This document shows, one piece after another, positions 11,249-20,722 of a stretch of 64,000 nucleotides of DNA. Position 1 is the first letter of the stretch. Each line of letters opens with the position of its first letter. A model generated the notes under the pieces. The model was not told the origin of the DNA and did no database searches. It was given only the letters and a program-made list of their open reading frames with translations. The stretch is taken from positions 1,406,267 to 1,470,266 of the forward strand of contig OY282371.1 in the NCBI GenBank assembly GCA_958295715.1, given 5' to 3'. A program made the position numbers and the translations under genes. The stretch comes from an uncultured Dehalococcoidia bacterium. Lineage in GTDB: Bacteria; Chloroflexota; Dehalococcoidia; Lucifugimonadales; GCA-2712585.

Positions 11249-12283
11249 TCATGGCCGCGACGGGGCCAGGTTGGTTGTGTAGGGACTGCGGACGACGCCT
11301 TCCTCGGTGATTATGGCGTCAATATACCGGTGGGGCGTCACGTCGAAGGCCGGGTTGCGAATCCCTATGCCGTCGGCGGCGGTCTTCACGCCTTCCAACC
11401 GGGACACCTCCAAGGGATCCCGTTCCTCAATGGGTATCTCGTCTCCGGAGGCGATGGAGAAGTCAATAGTGCTGGTCGGCGCCGCCACGTAGAAGGGCGC
11501 GCCGTTCTCCTTGGCGAGCACGGCCAGGGCGTAGGTGCCAATTTTGTTGGCCGTGTCCCCGTTGGCCGCGATGCGGTCGGCGCCGACTATGACGCAGCGG
11601 ACGGCCCCCTCTCGCATGAGGAGCCCGGCGGCGGAGTCCACCACCATGGTGGCGGGGATGCCCAGCCTCAGCATCTCCCAGGCGGTGAGCCGCGCGCCCT
11701 GAAGGAAGGGCCTGGTCTCGGTGTGAAAGACCTCAAAGCGGGCGCCCTCCTCCCAAGCGGCGCGTATCACGCCGAGGGCGGTTCCGTAGCCCGCCGTGGC
11801 CAGGGCGCCGGTGTTGCAGTGGGTGAGAACGGCCCCCTGGCTCCTGAGCAGCGCGGCCCCGTGACGTCCTATGCGCCTGTTCACCTCAACGTCCTGCTTC
11901 TGTATGGCCTTCGCCTCGGCCAGCAGGCGTTGGGCCGCATCCGCAGGGCCGGGCGTGGCTTCGGCCAAGGCCAAGAGTCGCTCAACGGCCCAGGCGAGGT
12001 TGACCGCGGTGGGCCGGGCCGCCCTAATCTCCTTGGCCGCCTCTCTGAGGAGGGGCAGGAACCGGGACGCGTCCTCACTCGCCACCTGCCGCGCGGCCAT
12101 GGCCATGGCGTAGGCGGCGGCGACGCCGATGGCCGGCGCCCCCCTGACCCGCATCTCCCGGATGGCGTCGACGACCTGCCGGTAGTCGGAAAGCTCCAGG
12201 GTCACCTCGTGGTGAGGCAACCTGGTCTGGTCCAACAGGGCCAGATTACCGGACACCCAGGCTATGGGTTGTATTTCATCCAA
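11249..12283 (-). CDS. mtnA: Methylthioribose-1-phosphate isomerase
   Basis: LDQTRLP, VRGAPAIG, RPTAVNL, THCNTGALAT, ANKIGT, NPAFDVTP. Confidence 0.96.
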   Translation of the reverse strand: MDEIQPIAWVSGNLALLDQTRLPHHEVTLELSDYRQVVDAIREMRVRGAPAIGVAAAYAMAMAARQVASEDASRFLPLLREAAKEIRAARPTAVNLAWAVERLLALAEATPGPADAAQRLLAEAKAIQKQDVEVNRRIGRHGAALLRSQGAVLTHCNTGALATAGYGTALGVIRAAWEEGARFEVFHTETRPFLQGARLTAWEMLRLGIPATMVVDSAAGLLMREGAVRCVIVGADRIAANGDTANKIGTYALAVLAKENGAPFYVAAPTSTIDFSIASGDEIPIEERDPLEVSRLEGVKTAADGIGIRNPAFDVTPHRYIDAIITEEGVVRSPYTTNLAPSRP

Positions 12284-12410
12284 AGGCGCTTACCTGCACA
12301 GTGAATCTATGAGCGTGAACGGACGAATACATTTTATCTGTCCCACAGGCTTAAGGCAAGGCGAGGGGATGATAGCCGGGGCCTTTTTGCCTCCGGGGGG
12401 GCTCCCCTCT

Positions 12411-12770
12411 CGTCATTCCCGCGCAGGCGGGAATCCATCCCATCCCCTCTTTTACCTCAAGGCAATCGCACACCGGCGCAAAGAGCCAGTAAGAGCTAGT
12501 CTTGTTACGGACAAACCGGCTTAAGGTCTCCATCCCTCGTTAGGGGAGAGACGGGGGCGGGGGTCGCGGCGCAACGGGTGGCGGGTTGCCCAAGCACAAC
12601 GGAGTGGGGGGAGGGGATGGATTCCCGCCTTCGCGGGAATGACGGGAGGGGCGGCGGCGGGTATGACGGCGGCGGGCGGGCCGGAATCGGGAAGACCCCA
12701 ATCCAAAACCAACGCTCCGCAAAACAAAAATGGGCACACGTGCCCTTCCCGCCTGCGCGGGAATGACGGC
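12411..12770. repeat. REP/dRS3-like palindrome cluster
   Basis: Copy at 12411-12436, inverted copy at ~12619-12644, variant with GGGCACACGTGCCC module at ~12730-12769. Confidence 0.88.
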
Positions 12771-12832
12771 GGGTAGGCGGGCGTGACGAAGGGGACCGGG
12801 GCGGTGGCTTTGGCGGGCGGCTGTGCTAGAAT

Positions 12833-13264
12833 ATGGTTATGGACGACACGGCTATTCTGCACAGCGAGCGCCATCGCACCAACTTCCTCACCAACCTGCT
12901 TGGGTACATGGGCTGGTTCATGGTGATTATCGCGATTCCCATAGGGGCCACCGGTACGGGCAGGTGGATAGACGTTCCCATTCTGTTGGCCTTCGGCTTC
13001 GCCCTGGCAGGCTCCCACTGGTTCCTCGCACCCAAGCGGTACAACGTCTTTGATAAGGAACTGGTGATAGCCTACGGGCGGCCGCGCCAGAAGGTGATAG
13101 CCTTTGACGACATTGAGGAGTTGGAGGTTAGAAGGCACGCCCTTGGCGCCGAGATACGGGTCCACCGCCGGGCGGCCAAGAGCTTCTCCCTCCAGCCCTG
13201 GAACCCGCGGCGGTTCCACGAGAGTTTGCAGGACGCCCTGAACCGGCACAGGGGCGCCGGGTAG
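12833..13264 (+). CDS. Small membrane protein, possible bacterial PH domain
   Basis: Two hydrophobic segments then beta-rich IAFDDIEELEV pattern. Confidence 0.6.
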   Translation: MVMDDTAILHSERHRTNFLTNLLGYMGWFMVIIAIPIGATGTGRWIDVPILLAFGFALAGSHWFLAPKRYNVFDKELVIAYGRPRQKVIAFDDIEELEVRRHALGAEIRVHRRAAKSFSLQPWNPRRFHESLQDALNRHRGAG

Positions 13265-13304
13265 CGGGAAGTTCTCCATCTCCCCCCAAAGGCGACACGG
13301 GAGT

Positions 13305-15530
13305 CTAGGGCGTTCCCCCGGTCAGGGCCTCCTCAAAGCCGCCGCGCCAGGCGTCATCAAGGCGGGAGAGAGGCAGGTTGATGAAGCCGCCGGCGCGGAA
13401 CTCCTCCCCTTCCACCCTTCCCAGGACGGTCAACGGCGCCCCGACCTCTTGGGCCATGGACTGTAGGCGGGGCAGGCGGCGGGGCGGCAGGGACGCGATG
13501 ACGCGGGACTGGGCCTCTCCGAAGAGGGCGGCGTCCCACCGGCCATTGTGATTGAAGTCGCCGTTGAAGCCCAGGCCGCCAAGGATGGCAGCCTCGGCGA
13601 GGGCCACTGCCAGGCCGCCGTCGGAGCAGTCGTGGGCGGAGGATATCAGGTCGTGGGCGATGGCGCGGCGGCACAGGGCCTGGACCCGGACTTCCATATC
13701 CAGGTCGATGGCCGGCCTCCCCGCCAAGAGGTCGTGGCACACCTCCAGATACTCGCTGCCGGCCATGCTTCCGGGGTTCCCCTCCACCGCCGAGGCCCCG
13801 ATGAGCACGACCAGGTCTCCCTCATTTCTGAAGCCCGCCGGCGAGCGCTTGCTAACGTCTTCGGTCAGGCCCAAGGCGCCGATGACGGGGGTGGGGAGGA
13901 TGGCGCGGCCCCCGGTCTCGTTGTAGAGGCTGACGTTGCCGCTCACCACCGGGACCTTCAGGGCGCGGCTGGCCCTGGCGATGCCCCGGACGCACCGCTC
14001 CAACTGGTGGTAGACTTCGGGGCGCTCCGGGCTGCCGAAGTTCAGGCAGTCGGTGAGGGCGATGGGCATGGCGCCAACGCAGGAAAGGTTGCGGCAGGCC
14101 TCGGCGACGGCGATTATCCCGCCCACGTAGGGGTCAAGATAGCAGAGCCGGCCGTTGCCGTCGGTGGACAGGGCTATGCCTTTGCTCGTGCCCTTTATCC
14201 GCAGCAGGGCGGCGTCGGCGGCCCCGGGGGGCAGGACGGTGTTGGTCTGCACCTGGCTATCGTATTGACGGTGGACCCACTCTTTGGAGGCGACGTTGGG
14301 GGACTTGAGGAGGCGCAGCAGCACGCCGGCGGGGGAGTCGCCGGGCAAGGGCAGGCGCGACAGGGGGAACCGGCGGGCCTTGCGGACATCCCTCGACATG
14401 GAGCCTTTGAGCCGGTAGAGGGTGGGTGACGCGAGGGCCTCGACGGGCAGGTCGGCCACGGGTTCCCGGCCGTTGAAGACCCGCGCCCTGCCGCCGCCTT
14501 CAACGCGTCCAAGCTCCGAGCAGGGGAGGTCCCACTTCTCCATGACGGCGGCGATGCGGTCCCTGGCCTCCGGCCTAACAATCAGGAGCATCCGCTCCTG
14601 GGACTCGGAGAGCATCACCTCGTAGGGGTCCATGGAGTCTTCCCGGCGCGGGACCTTGGAAAGGTCGATGCGGAAGCCGCCGTCGCCCCGGTGGGCGGCC
14701 TCGACGGTGGAGCTGGTCAGTCCCGCCGCGCCCAGGTCCTGAATGCCCACCAAGCCCCCGTCGCGGGCGGCCTCCAGACACGCCTCGATGAGCATCTTCT
14801 CCATGAACGGGTTTCCAACCTGCACCGTGGGCCGCATCTCCGCGCCTGACTCAAAGGCGCGGGAGGCGAGGGTGGAAGCGCCGTGTATCCCGTCGCGGCC
14901 CGTGTCGGAGCCGACGAGGAGCAGCAGATTGCCCTCGGAACCAACGGATGAGGAGGCCAGCTTTTCCTTCTCAACAAGTCCGACGCAGAGGGCGTTGACC
15001 AAGGGGTTTCCCGAGTAGGAGCCGGAGAAGGCTATCTCCCCGCCCACGTCGGGGACGCCGATGCAGTTGCCGTACCAGGATATCCCGCTCACCACGCCGT
15101 TGAGCAGGTGGCGGTTGCGCGGGTTGTCCAAGGGGCCAAAGCGCAGGGAGTTGAGCAGGGCGATGGGCCGGGCGCCCATGGCCAGGATGTCGCGGACGAT
15201 GCCTCCGACGCCGGTGGCGGCCCCGTGAAAGGGTTCAATGGCGGAGGGGTGGTTGTGGGACTCTATCTTGAAGACCACGGCCAGGCCGTCGCCAATGTCC
15301 ACGGCGCCGGCGTTTTCCTGACCCATCCGGAGCAGGGTTCTTGGGCTTTGAGAGGGAAGCAGGCGCAGCAGGGGCTTGGAATGCTTGTAGCCGCAGTGTT
15401 CGCTCCACAGGGCGCTGAACATGCCTAGCTCCACGGGGTTGGGTTCCCGGTCGAGGATGTCGAGAATGCGGTCGTACTCCTCGGGGGTCAGGGCCATCTC
15501 GGCCAGGGCCTCTTTGGATGGACGCGTCAT
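13305..15530 (-). CDS. purL: FGAM synthase subunit PurL
   Basis: WSEHCGYK, KIESHNHPS, GRDGIHGA, SGNVSLYNE. Confidence 0.97.
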   Translation of the reverse strand: MTRPSKEALAEMALTPEEYDRILDILDREPNPVELGMFSALWSEHCGYKHSKPLLRLLPSQSPRTLLRMGQENAGAVDIGDGLAVVFKIESHNHPSAIEPFHGAATGVGGIVRDILAMGARPIALLNSLRFGPLDNPRNRHLLNGVVSGISWYGNCIGVPDVGGEIAFSGSYSGNPLVNALCVGLVEKEKLASSSVGSEGNLLLLVGSDTGRDGIHGASTLASRAFESGAEMRPTVQVGNPFMEKMLIEACLEAARDGGLVGIQDLGAAGLTSSTVEAAHRGDGGFRIDLSKVPRREDSMDPYEVMLSESQERMLLIVRPEARDRIAAVMEKWDLPCSELGRVEGGGRARVFNGREPVADLPVEALASPTLYRLKGSMSRDVRKARRFPLSRLPLPGDSPAGVLLRLLKSPNVASKEWVHRQYDSQVQTNTVLPPGAADAALLRIKGTSKGIALSTDGNGRLCYLDPYVGGIIAVAEACRNLSCVGAMPIALTDCLNFGSPERPEVYHQLERCVRGIARASRALKVPVVSGNVSLYNETGGRAILPTPVIGALGLTEDVSKRSPAGFRNEGDLVVLIGASAVEGNPGSMAGSEYLEVCHDLLAGRPAIDLDMEVRVQALCRRAIAHDLISSAHDCSDGGLAVALAEAAILGGLGFNGDFNHNGRWDAALFGEAQSRVIASLPPRRLPRLQSMAQEVGAPLTVLGRVEGEEFRAGGFINLPLSRLDDAWRGGFEEALTGGTP

Positions 15531-15997
15531 AGCTGGGACCCGCCGAGTATGACCAGGACAACTCCAACAACGGCAAAGGTCGTTCCAAGGAGGACGCGGG
15601 GTGTGACGAGCTCAAGCCGCCTAAGAAAGAGGTGGGCCAGGACCAGGGTGAACAGGGGGTTGAGGGACATTATGGGCGTGACGACGGACACCGGCGCGCG
15701 GCTGACGGCGAATATCAGGAGGGTGACGGCCGTGGCCGAGGATACGCCGGCGGCCATCATGAAGCCGAAGTGACGCTTGGGCGCGGCGACGGTGAAGTCT
15801 ATGCTGCGGTGGAAGATGAGGTAGACGATGGCGGCCCCGAAGAGGAGGGAGAAGGCGGTGAAGACTATGGCGGAGATGTCGCTCTGCTCCAAGGCCGTCT
15901 TGGCTATCACCGTGCTGCCGCCGTAGAAGGCGGAGGCGGTGAGGGCGAAGCCGTATCCCATAAAAAGACGCCGCCGGTCGGAGAGTTTAGGACGCAT
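15527..15997 (-). CDS. Half-size EamA/DMT transporter
   Basis: ~5 hydrophobic segments, APVSVVTPI..NPLFT..LA..FL; stop overlaps purL start. Confidence 0.75.
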   Translation of the reverse strand: MRPKLSDRRRLFMGYGFALTASAFYGGSTVIAKTALEQSDISAIVFTAFSLLFGAAIVYLIFHRSIDFTVAAPKRHFGFMMAAGVSSATAVTLLIFAVSRAPVSVVTPIMSLNPLFTLVLAHLFLRRLELVTPRVLLGTTFAVVGVVLVILGGSQL

Positions 15998-16427
15998 TGG
16001 AGCGCCTTTCGCTGAGGATAAGGCCCATGCCCAGGACGGTGACGAGGATGCCAAGGCCGATGAGCAGATTGGGCCTCTCTCCAAGGGCTATCATGGCTAT
16101 CACGGTGGCGAACACGGGGCTTACGGCCAGCATGGGCGTTGAGCGCGAGGCGCCGGCCAGCTGTATGGCGGTGTAGCTCAGGAGCCGCGCCAGGGGGAAG
16201 GTGACGATGGCGAAGATGAGGCACCACAGGAAGGCTATAGGGGTGAGGGAACGCACGTTGGCCGTTTGGGTGGTGAAGACCAGAACCAGGACCACCAGCG
16301 CGCCCGTGCACAGGGACACGAACACGCCCGTGGTCGGTGATATGCGTTGGAGTCCCAGCCGGGTGAAGATGGCCGAGGCGGCGAACCCGAAGGTGGCCAC
16401 GAAGGCGACGAGCACGGCCAGTATCAC
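15987..16427 (-). CDS. Half-size EamA/DMT transporter
   Basis: ~5 hydrophobic segments, SPVFATVIAMIALGERP; GTG start just after purQ stop. Confidence 0.75.
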   Translation of the reverse strand: MILAVLVAFVATFGFAASAIFTRLGLQRISPTTGVFVSLCTGALVVLVLVFTTQTANVRSLTPIAFLWCLIFAIVTFPLARLLSYTAIQLAGASRSTPMLAVSPVFATVIAMIALGERPNLLIGLGILVTVLGMGLILSERRSNAS

Positions 16428-16428
16428 G

Positions 16429-17124
16429 TTACTCGCCCGCCAAGGCTTGAATGATGGACTCAAAGAGGTATCGCCCGTCGACGCCGCCCATAATCCCCTC
16501 GCAGCACCGTTCGGGGTGGGGCATCATGCCCATGACGTTGCCCCTTGCGTTGGTTATGCCCGCAATGTTCCGCAGAGAGCCGTTGGGGTTGGCCTCGGGC
16601 GTGACCTCTCCTTGGGGGGCGCAGTAGCGAAAGAGGACCTGGCCGTTGGCCTCCAAGCGGTCCGCCGAGGCGTCGTCCAGGTAGTAGTTGCCCTCGCCGT
16701 GGGAAACGGGAACGCGCAGGACCTGGCCCGGCCTACAGGCGCGGGTGAAGGGGCTGTTGGACGCCTCCACCCTGAGATGTGTCCACTGGCAGCGGAACTG
16801 TAGGTGCACGTTGCGCATGAGGGCGCCGGGCAGCAGGCCGGCCTCGCAGAGGGCTTGGAAGCCGTTGCAGATGCCCATGACGAGGCCGCCGCCGGATGCG
16901 AAACGCTCCACGGCGGCCATGATGGGGGAGAAGCGGGCGATGGCCCCGGCGCGCAGGTAGTCGCCGTAGGAGAAGCCGCCCGGGAGGACTACGCAGTCTA
17001 GGGCGGGGAGTTCGCGGTCCTTGTGCCAGAGGTACTGCACCTGCTGGCCTAAGACGTTCTTCAGGGCATGGAAGCAGTCGCCATCGCTCCAAGAGCCGGG
17101 AAAGATGACGACGCCAAACCGCAT
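16429..17124 (-). CDS. purQ: FGAM synthase glutaminase subunit PurQ
   Basis: [34 protein letters not shown] at 17124. Confidence 0.96.
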   Translation of the reverse strand: MRFGVVIFPGSWSDGDCFHALKNVLGQQVQYLWHKDRELPALDCVVLPGGFSYGDYLRAGAIARFSPIMAAVERFASGGGLVMGICNGFQALCEAGLLPGALMRNVHLQFRCQWTHLRVEASNSPFTRACRPGQVLRVPVSHGEGNYYLDDASADRLEANGQVLFRYCAPQGEVTPEANPNGSLRNIAGITNARGNVMGMMPHPERCCEGIMGGVDGRYLFESIIQALAGE

Positions 17125-17201
17125 ACGCGGGCGCAGAGGGGAAATGGACGCCGCCGCGTCCAACGCCGGGGCGTCTATTCTCGTGGGGGGAGGCACGGCG
17201 G

Positions 17202-17657
17202 CTAGGGGGCCGACCCGCTAAGCAGGCCGGTGACCACGCGGTTCACGGCGGAGCCTTCGGCCTTCCCCCGCGTCCGGGGCATGAGCAGTTTCATAACCCT
17301 CCCCTTGTCGCCGGGGCCAACGGCCCCGGCCTCGGCGATGGCCGCCTTGGCCAAGTCTTCCAACTCCTGGGGTGAGAGTTGGGCCGGGAGGTACTCCTGC
17401 AAAACGGCCAACTCCGCGGTCTCCTTTTCCACCAGGTCCTGGCGGCCTCCCTGACGGAACATCTCGATGCTCTCGCGGCGTTGGCGCGCCTGGCGGGAGA
17501 TGATGTCCACGATGGCGGGATCTTTCACCTCGCCCTTCTTCTCTATCTCCTCGTAGCCGATGCTGCTTTTGAGCATTCGCAGGACGGATACCCGGGTCTT
17601 GTCCCTGGCGCGCATGGCCTGGTGGAGGTCCGCTTGAAGCCTGTCTTTAAGGGTCAT
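17202..17657 (-). CDS. GatB/YqeY domain protein
   Basis: LKDRL..D...[32 protein letters not shown]. Confidence 0.9.
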   Translation of the reverse strand: MTLKDRLQADLHQAMRARDKTRVSVLRMLKSSIGYEEIEKKGEVKDPAIVDIISRQARQRRESIEMFRQGGRQDLVEKETAELAVLQEYLPAQLSPQELEDLAKAAIAEAGAVGPGDKGRVMKLLMPRTRGKAEGSAVNRVVTGLLSGSAP

Positions 17658-18196
17658 AGCTGAGACTCCTCCTCGAGGTTCTTAATCCGGGACCGCAGGT
17701 CGCGGACATCTGGGTCAAGAGAACCCTCATTCTTAATCCGGGACAGCAGGTTGGCCATCTCCACGGCGACCAGGGCGGCGTCGCGGCCCTTGTTGCCCAT
17801 CCTTCCCCCCGCCCTGTCCATGGCCTGCTCCTCGTTCTCGGTGGTGATGACGCCCATTCCGATGGGAACACCGGTGTCGAGGGCGACCCTGGCGAGGGCG
17901 GCGGTTCCCTGGGTCACGACCACGTCGTAGTGGCCCGTCTCGCCCCTGATGACACAGCCCAGGCAGACCAGGGCGGAGTAGGCCCCGGACCGGGCCAGGG
18001 CTTGAGCGACGACGCCAAGCTCCAAGGCGCCGGGGACCCGCGCCACCGTGACGTCCTCGTCTTCAACCCCGCAGGAGCGGAGGCCGTCGAGGGCGCCCTC
18101 AAGCAGCTTTGAGGTGATGTCGTCGTTGAACCGTGAGACCACGATGGCGATTCTGAGGCCCCGTCCCTGGGCGTTCACCTCCAACTCGCGGGGCAT
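17654..18196 (-). CDS. ribH: 6,7-dimethyl-8-ribityllumazine synthase
   Basis: IVVSRFN, VPGALEL, LGCVIRGETGHY, QAMDRAG..GNKG. Confidence 0.95.
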   Translation of the reverse strand: MPRELEVNAQGRGLRIAIVVSRFNDDITSKLLEGALDGLRSCGVEDEDVTVARVPGALELGVVAQALARSGAYSALVCLGCVIRGETGHYDVVVTQGTAALARVALDTGVPIGMGVITTENEEQAMDRAGGRMGNKGRDAALVAVEMANLLSRIKNEGSLDPDVRDLRSRIKNLEEESQL

Positions 18197-18201
18197 AGGG
18201 G

Positions 18202-18900
18202 CTAGGCTCCCTTTGGGGCGGGCTGGGGTCGCACGTATCCCACCTGCATCACCTTTTCCAGCAGTTGGGCCTCCAATGGCGGGCCGGCGAGTTGCAGCGT
18301 CTCGTTTATCACCGTTTTGGGCACGGATGAGACGTTGTGGAGACGGGTCAGGTTGGGAAACTCCCGCGCCTCCACCACGTCGGCGGTTATCATGCCGCTC
18401 TCCAGGGCCACGGCGTAGGCCAGCGCGGCCGCAGAGGGGCAGGCCGGCGACGTGGCGGTCACGAACACCTGGATATGAACGGGTCGGTTGACCTTGCGAA
18501 GCTCCCGGCGGGTGGGCAGGGCCAAGGGGCTCACCCCGCGCGACATGGCGATGAGGGTCTGGACCAGGGCGGCTATCTGGTAGCCCGCCGGGAGGCCGTA
18601 GAACTTGAGCCGGGAGCCGGTGTCGCAGTCCATGACTATGGCCGGTATCCGCTCCACGCTGCGGCTTTCCCCCTGGGCGGCGGGAGAGAAGAAGTCGTAG
18701 GTCTCCAGGCGCAGCTTGGGGGAGAGGGCGGCCAAGTCCTGAAGGAGGCCCTGGGTCTGGGGGCAGGTGGGGCAGTCCCTCCCCGGCAGGGTCAGGGGCG
18801 AGGGGGTGGTGGTGAACAGTTTGATGGTTACGTCCCTCTTCAGTTCCTTGCGGAATCTGCGCTTGAGGTCAGCTTTGTCCTGGTCTGAGACTAGGGGCAT
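18202..18900 (-). CDS. Protein disulfide oxidoreductase / AhpF-NTD-like double thioredoxin
   Basis: CPTC, FYGLPAGY, VFVTATSPAC, VSSVPKTVIN. Confidence 0.8.
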   Translation of the reverse strand: MPLVSDQDKADLKRRFRKELKRDVTIKLFTTTPSPLTLPGRDCPTCPQTQGLLQDLAALSPKLRLETYDFFSPAAQGESRSVERIPAIVMDCDTGSRLKFYGLPAGYQIAALVQTLIAMSRGVSPLALPTRRELRKVNRPVHIQVFVTATSPACPSAAALAYAVALESGMITADVVEAREFPNLTRLHNVSSVPKTVINETLQLAGPPLEAQLLEKVMQVGYVRPQPAPKGA

Positions 18901-18926
18901 TAAACCACCAACGGATTTTTGCCCCT

Positions 18927-19565
18927 CTAGTTTACATCAAGGGATTGGGTCTTGCCAGTTCCAAGGGCGCGGCGCAGGTGGAAGAGGCGCTGGAGGAGGG
19001 TCCAGAGGGAGAAGAAGGCGATGAAGCCCAGGGCAAGGGGCACGGTGGCCTCCCCCAGCAGGAGGCCGGCCGCCAGAATCGCCACGCGTTCGGGGCGGGT
19101 CATAAGACCGCCGCGGCTGTCGATGCCCAGGGCCTCGCCCCTGGCCCTGAGGTAGCTGACGGACTGGGAGAGGACCAGGGCCAGCAGAAGAATCGTGAGG
19201 TGGACCGTGAGGTCTCGCGAGCCGGGGTCTATGCGGATGGCGTAAAGGACCAGGGCCAGGTACAGGGCCGCCTCGCCAAGGCGGTCTAGGAGTGAGTCCA
19301 GCATGGCTCCGAAGCGGGTTACGCGGTTGGACAGGCGCGCCAACGCGCCGTCAAACAGGTCCAGGGCCGACCCCGCCAGGAAGACGAGCCCCCCGATTCT
19401 GAGATGCCCCATGGCCACCAGCGCCGCGCCGGCGACGACGACGATGAAGCCTATGACGGTTACGGCGTTGGGGGATAGGCGCAGGAAGTGAAGGAACCGG
19501 GCGCCCGGCTCCTCGACGCGCTTAAGGAGCAGGTGTCTTGCGCGTTCCCGCGCTCTTTGAGCCAT
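18927..19565 (-). CDS. CDP-alcohol phosphatidyltransferase (PIP synthase-like)
   Basis: SPNAVT, DLFDGALAR...GAMLDSLLDR, SYLRARGE, RPER. Confidence 0.9.
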   Translation of the reverse strand: MAQRARERARHLLLKRVEEPGARFLHFLRLSPNAVTVIGFIVVVAGAALVAMGHLRIGGLVFLAGSALDLFDGALARLSNRVTRFGAMLDSLLDRLGEAALYLALVLYAIRIDPGSRDLTVHLTILLLALVLSQSVSYLRARGEALGIDSRGGLMTRPERVAILAAGLLLGEATVPLALGFIAFFSLWTLLQRLFHLRRALGTGKTQSLDVN

Positions 19566-20679
19566 TGGTCCTCTCGATGGTGTCGCGATAGAAGTCCACG
19601 ACCCGCAGGGCGACGGTCTTCCAGCCGTAGGCGTTGACCGTGTCCCTGCCCTTGGCCCCCATCCTTTGGCGCAGTCGCCGGCTGCGGATTAACCGGGCCA
19701 GGCCCTCGGCCAGGGCCTCCCCGTCTCTGGGCGGGACCAAGACACCCTGCTCCTCGTGGCTGACCACGGAGGAGTAGCCCTCTATGTCCGATGCGACGAT
19801 GGGCTTGCCGGCGGCCATGGCTTCGAGCAAAACGATGCCAAAGCTCTCCTTGCCGGTGGCGGGGGAGCAGAAGATGTCGGCGGTGCGGTAGTACCTGGGA
19901 AGCATGGCGTAGTCCACGGCGCCGGCGAACACCACGTCTTGCAGGCTCCGCTCCGCCAGTATCCGGTAGCAGTATCTATCGGGGTTGCCGGGGCCGACTA
20001 TAATCAGCCGGGTGTTGGGGAAGTCCCATTTGAGGCGTCCGTAGGCGTCTAGGAGGTAGCGGAGGCCTTTGCGCTTCTCCAGCCTTCCCACAAACAGGAT
20101 GTTGATCTTGTCGTCCCGCAGTTCAGGCACGGGGTCGGCATCGGCGGCGAAGAAGCCGAGGTCTACTCCGTTGGGGATTATCGTGTAGTCGTGGGGGAAG
20201 AACCGTTCTACGTGGCTGAGGGCCGCGCCGGAGACGGCGATGCGTCCATCCAAGCGTTTGAACCAGCGTTGCAGTAGGGGGCTGCTCCACCGGTACATGC
20301 GGGTGTTGCCGTGGAAGGCGTGGAAGGTGCCCACGTTTACGGATTCGGAGCACTGGAGCACGGCCAGGGGCAGGTAGGGGGTTAGGGGTTCGTGAAGGTG
20401 AATGACGTCGAACCGCTCCTGGCGAAGGAGGCTGCGCACCTTGCGATAGAGCCAGGCCGATAGGGATATGCGGGCTATGGACCCGCCGGTTGGTATGGGG
20501 AGGCTGCGGCCCAGAGGCACGAAGTTGAGGCCGGGGTTCTCAAGCCGGGAGGGCGAGAAGGGGGCCAGTATCTTTACCTCGTGGCCCATGACCACCAGTT
20601 GGTTGCCCAGCTGAGAGATGTGAGCGGTGACTCCACCGGGCCAGGTGAAGTCGTAGGGCGACACCAGGGCAATCTTCAT
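19522..20679 (-). CDS. GT4 glycosyltransferase, PimA-like
   Basis: MKIALVSPY...PGGV..H, HLHEP, ESFGIVLLEAMA. Confidence 0.88.
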   Translation of the reverse strand: MKIALVSPYDFTWPGGVTAHISQLGNQLVVMGHEVKILAPFSPSRLENPGLNFVPLGRSLPIPTGGSIARISLSAWLYRKVRSLLRQERFDVIHLHEPLTPYLPLAVLQCSESVNVGTFHAFHGNTRMYRWSSPLLQRWFKRLDGRIAVSGAALSHVERFFPHDYTIIPNGVDLGFFAADADPVPELRDDKINILFVGRLEKRKGLRYLLDAYGRLKWDFPNTRLIIVGPGNPDRYCYRILAERSLQDVVFAGAVDYAMLPRYYRTADIFCSPATGKESFGIVLLEAMAAGKPIVASDIEGYSSVVSHEEQGVLVPPRDGEALAEGLARLIRSRRLRQRMGAKGRDTVNAYGWKTVALRVVDFYRDTIERTNGSKSAGTRKTPAP

Positions 20680-20722
20680 TCAACGGCCTCGCGCGTCGTG
20701 ACGGGCTTAAGAATGTATACGG

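Noticed and set aside
12284..12410. SAM riboswitch upstream of the mtnA-metK operon
   Set aside because: No recognisable SAM-I core; region is short and runs into REPs
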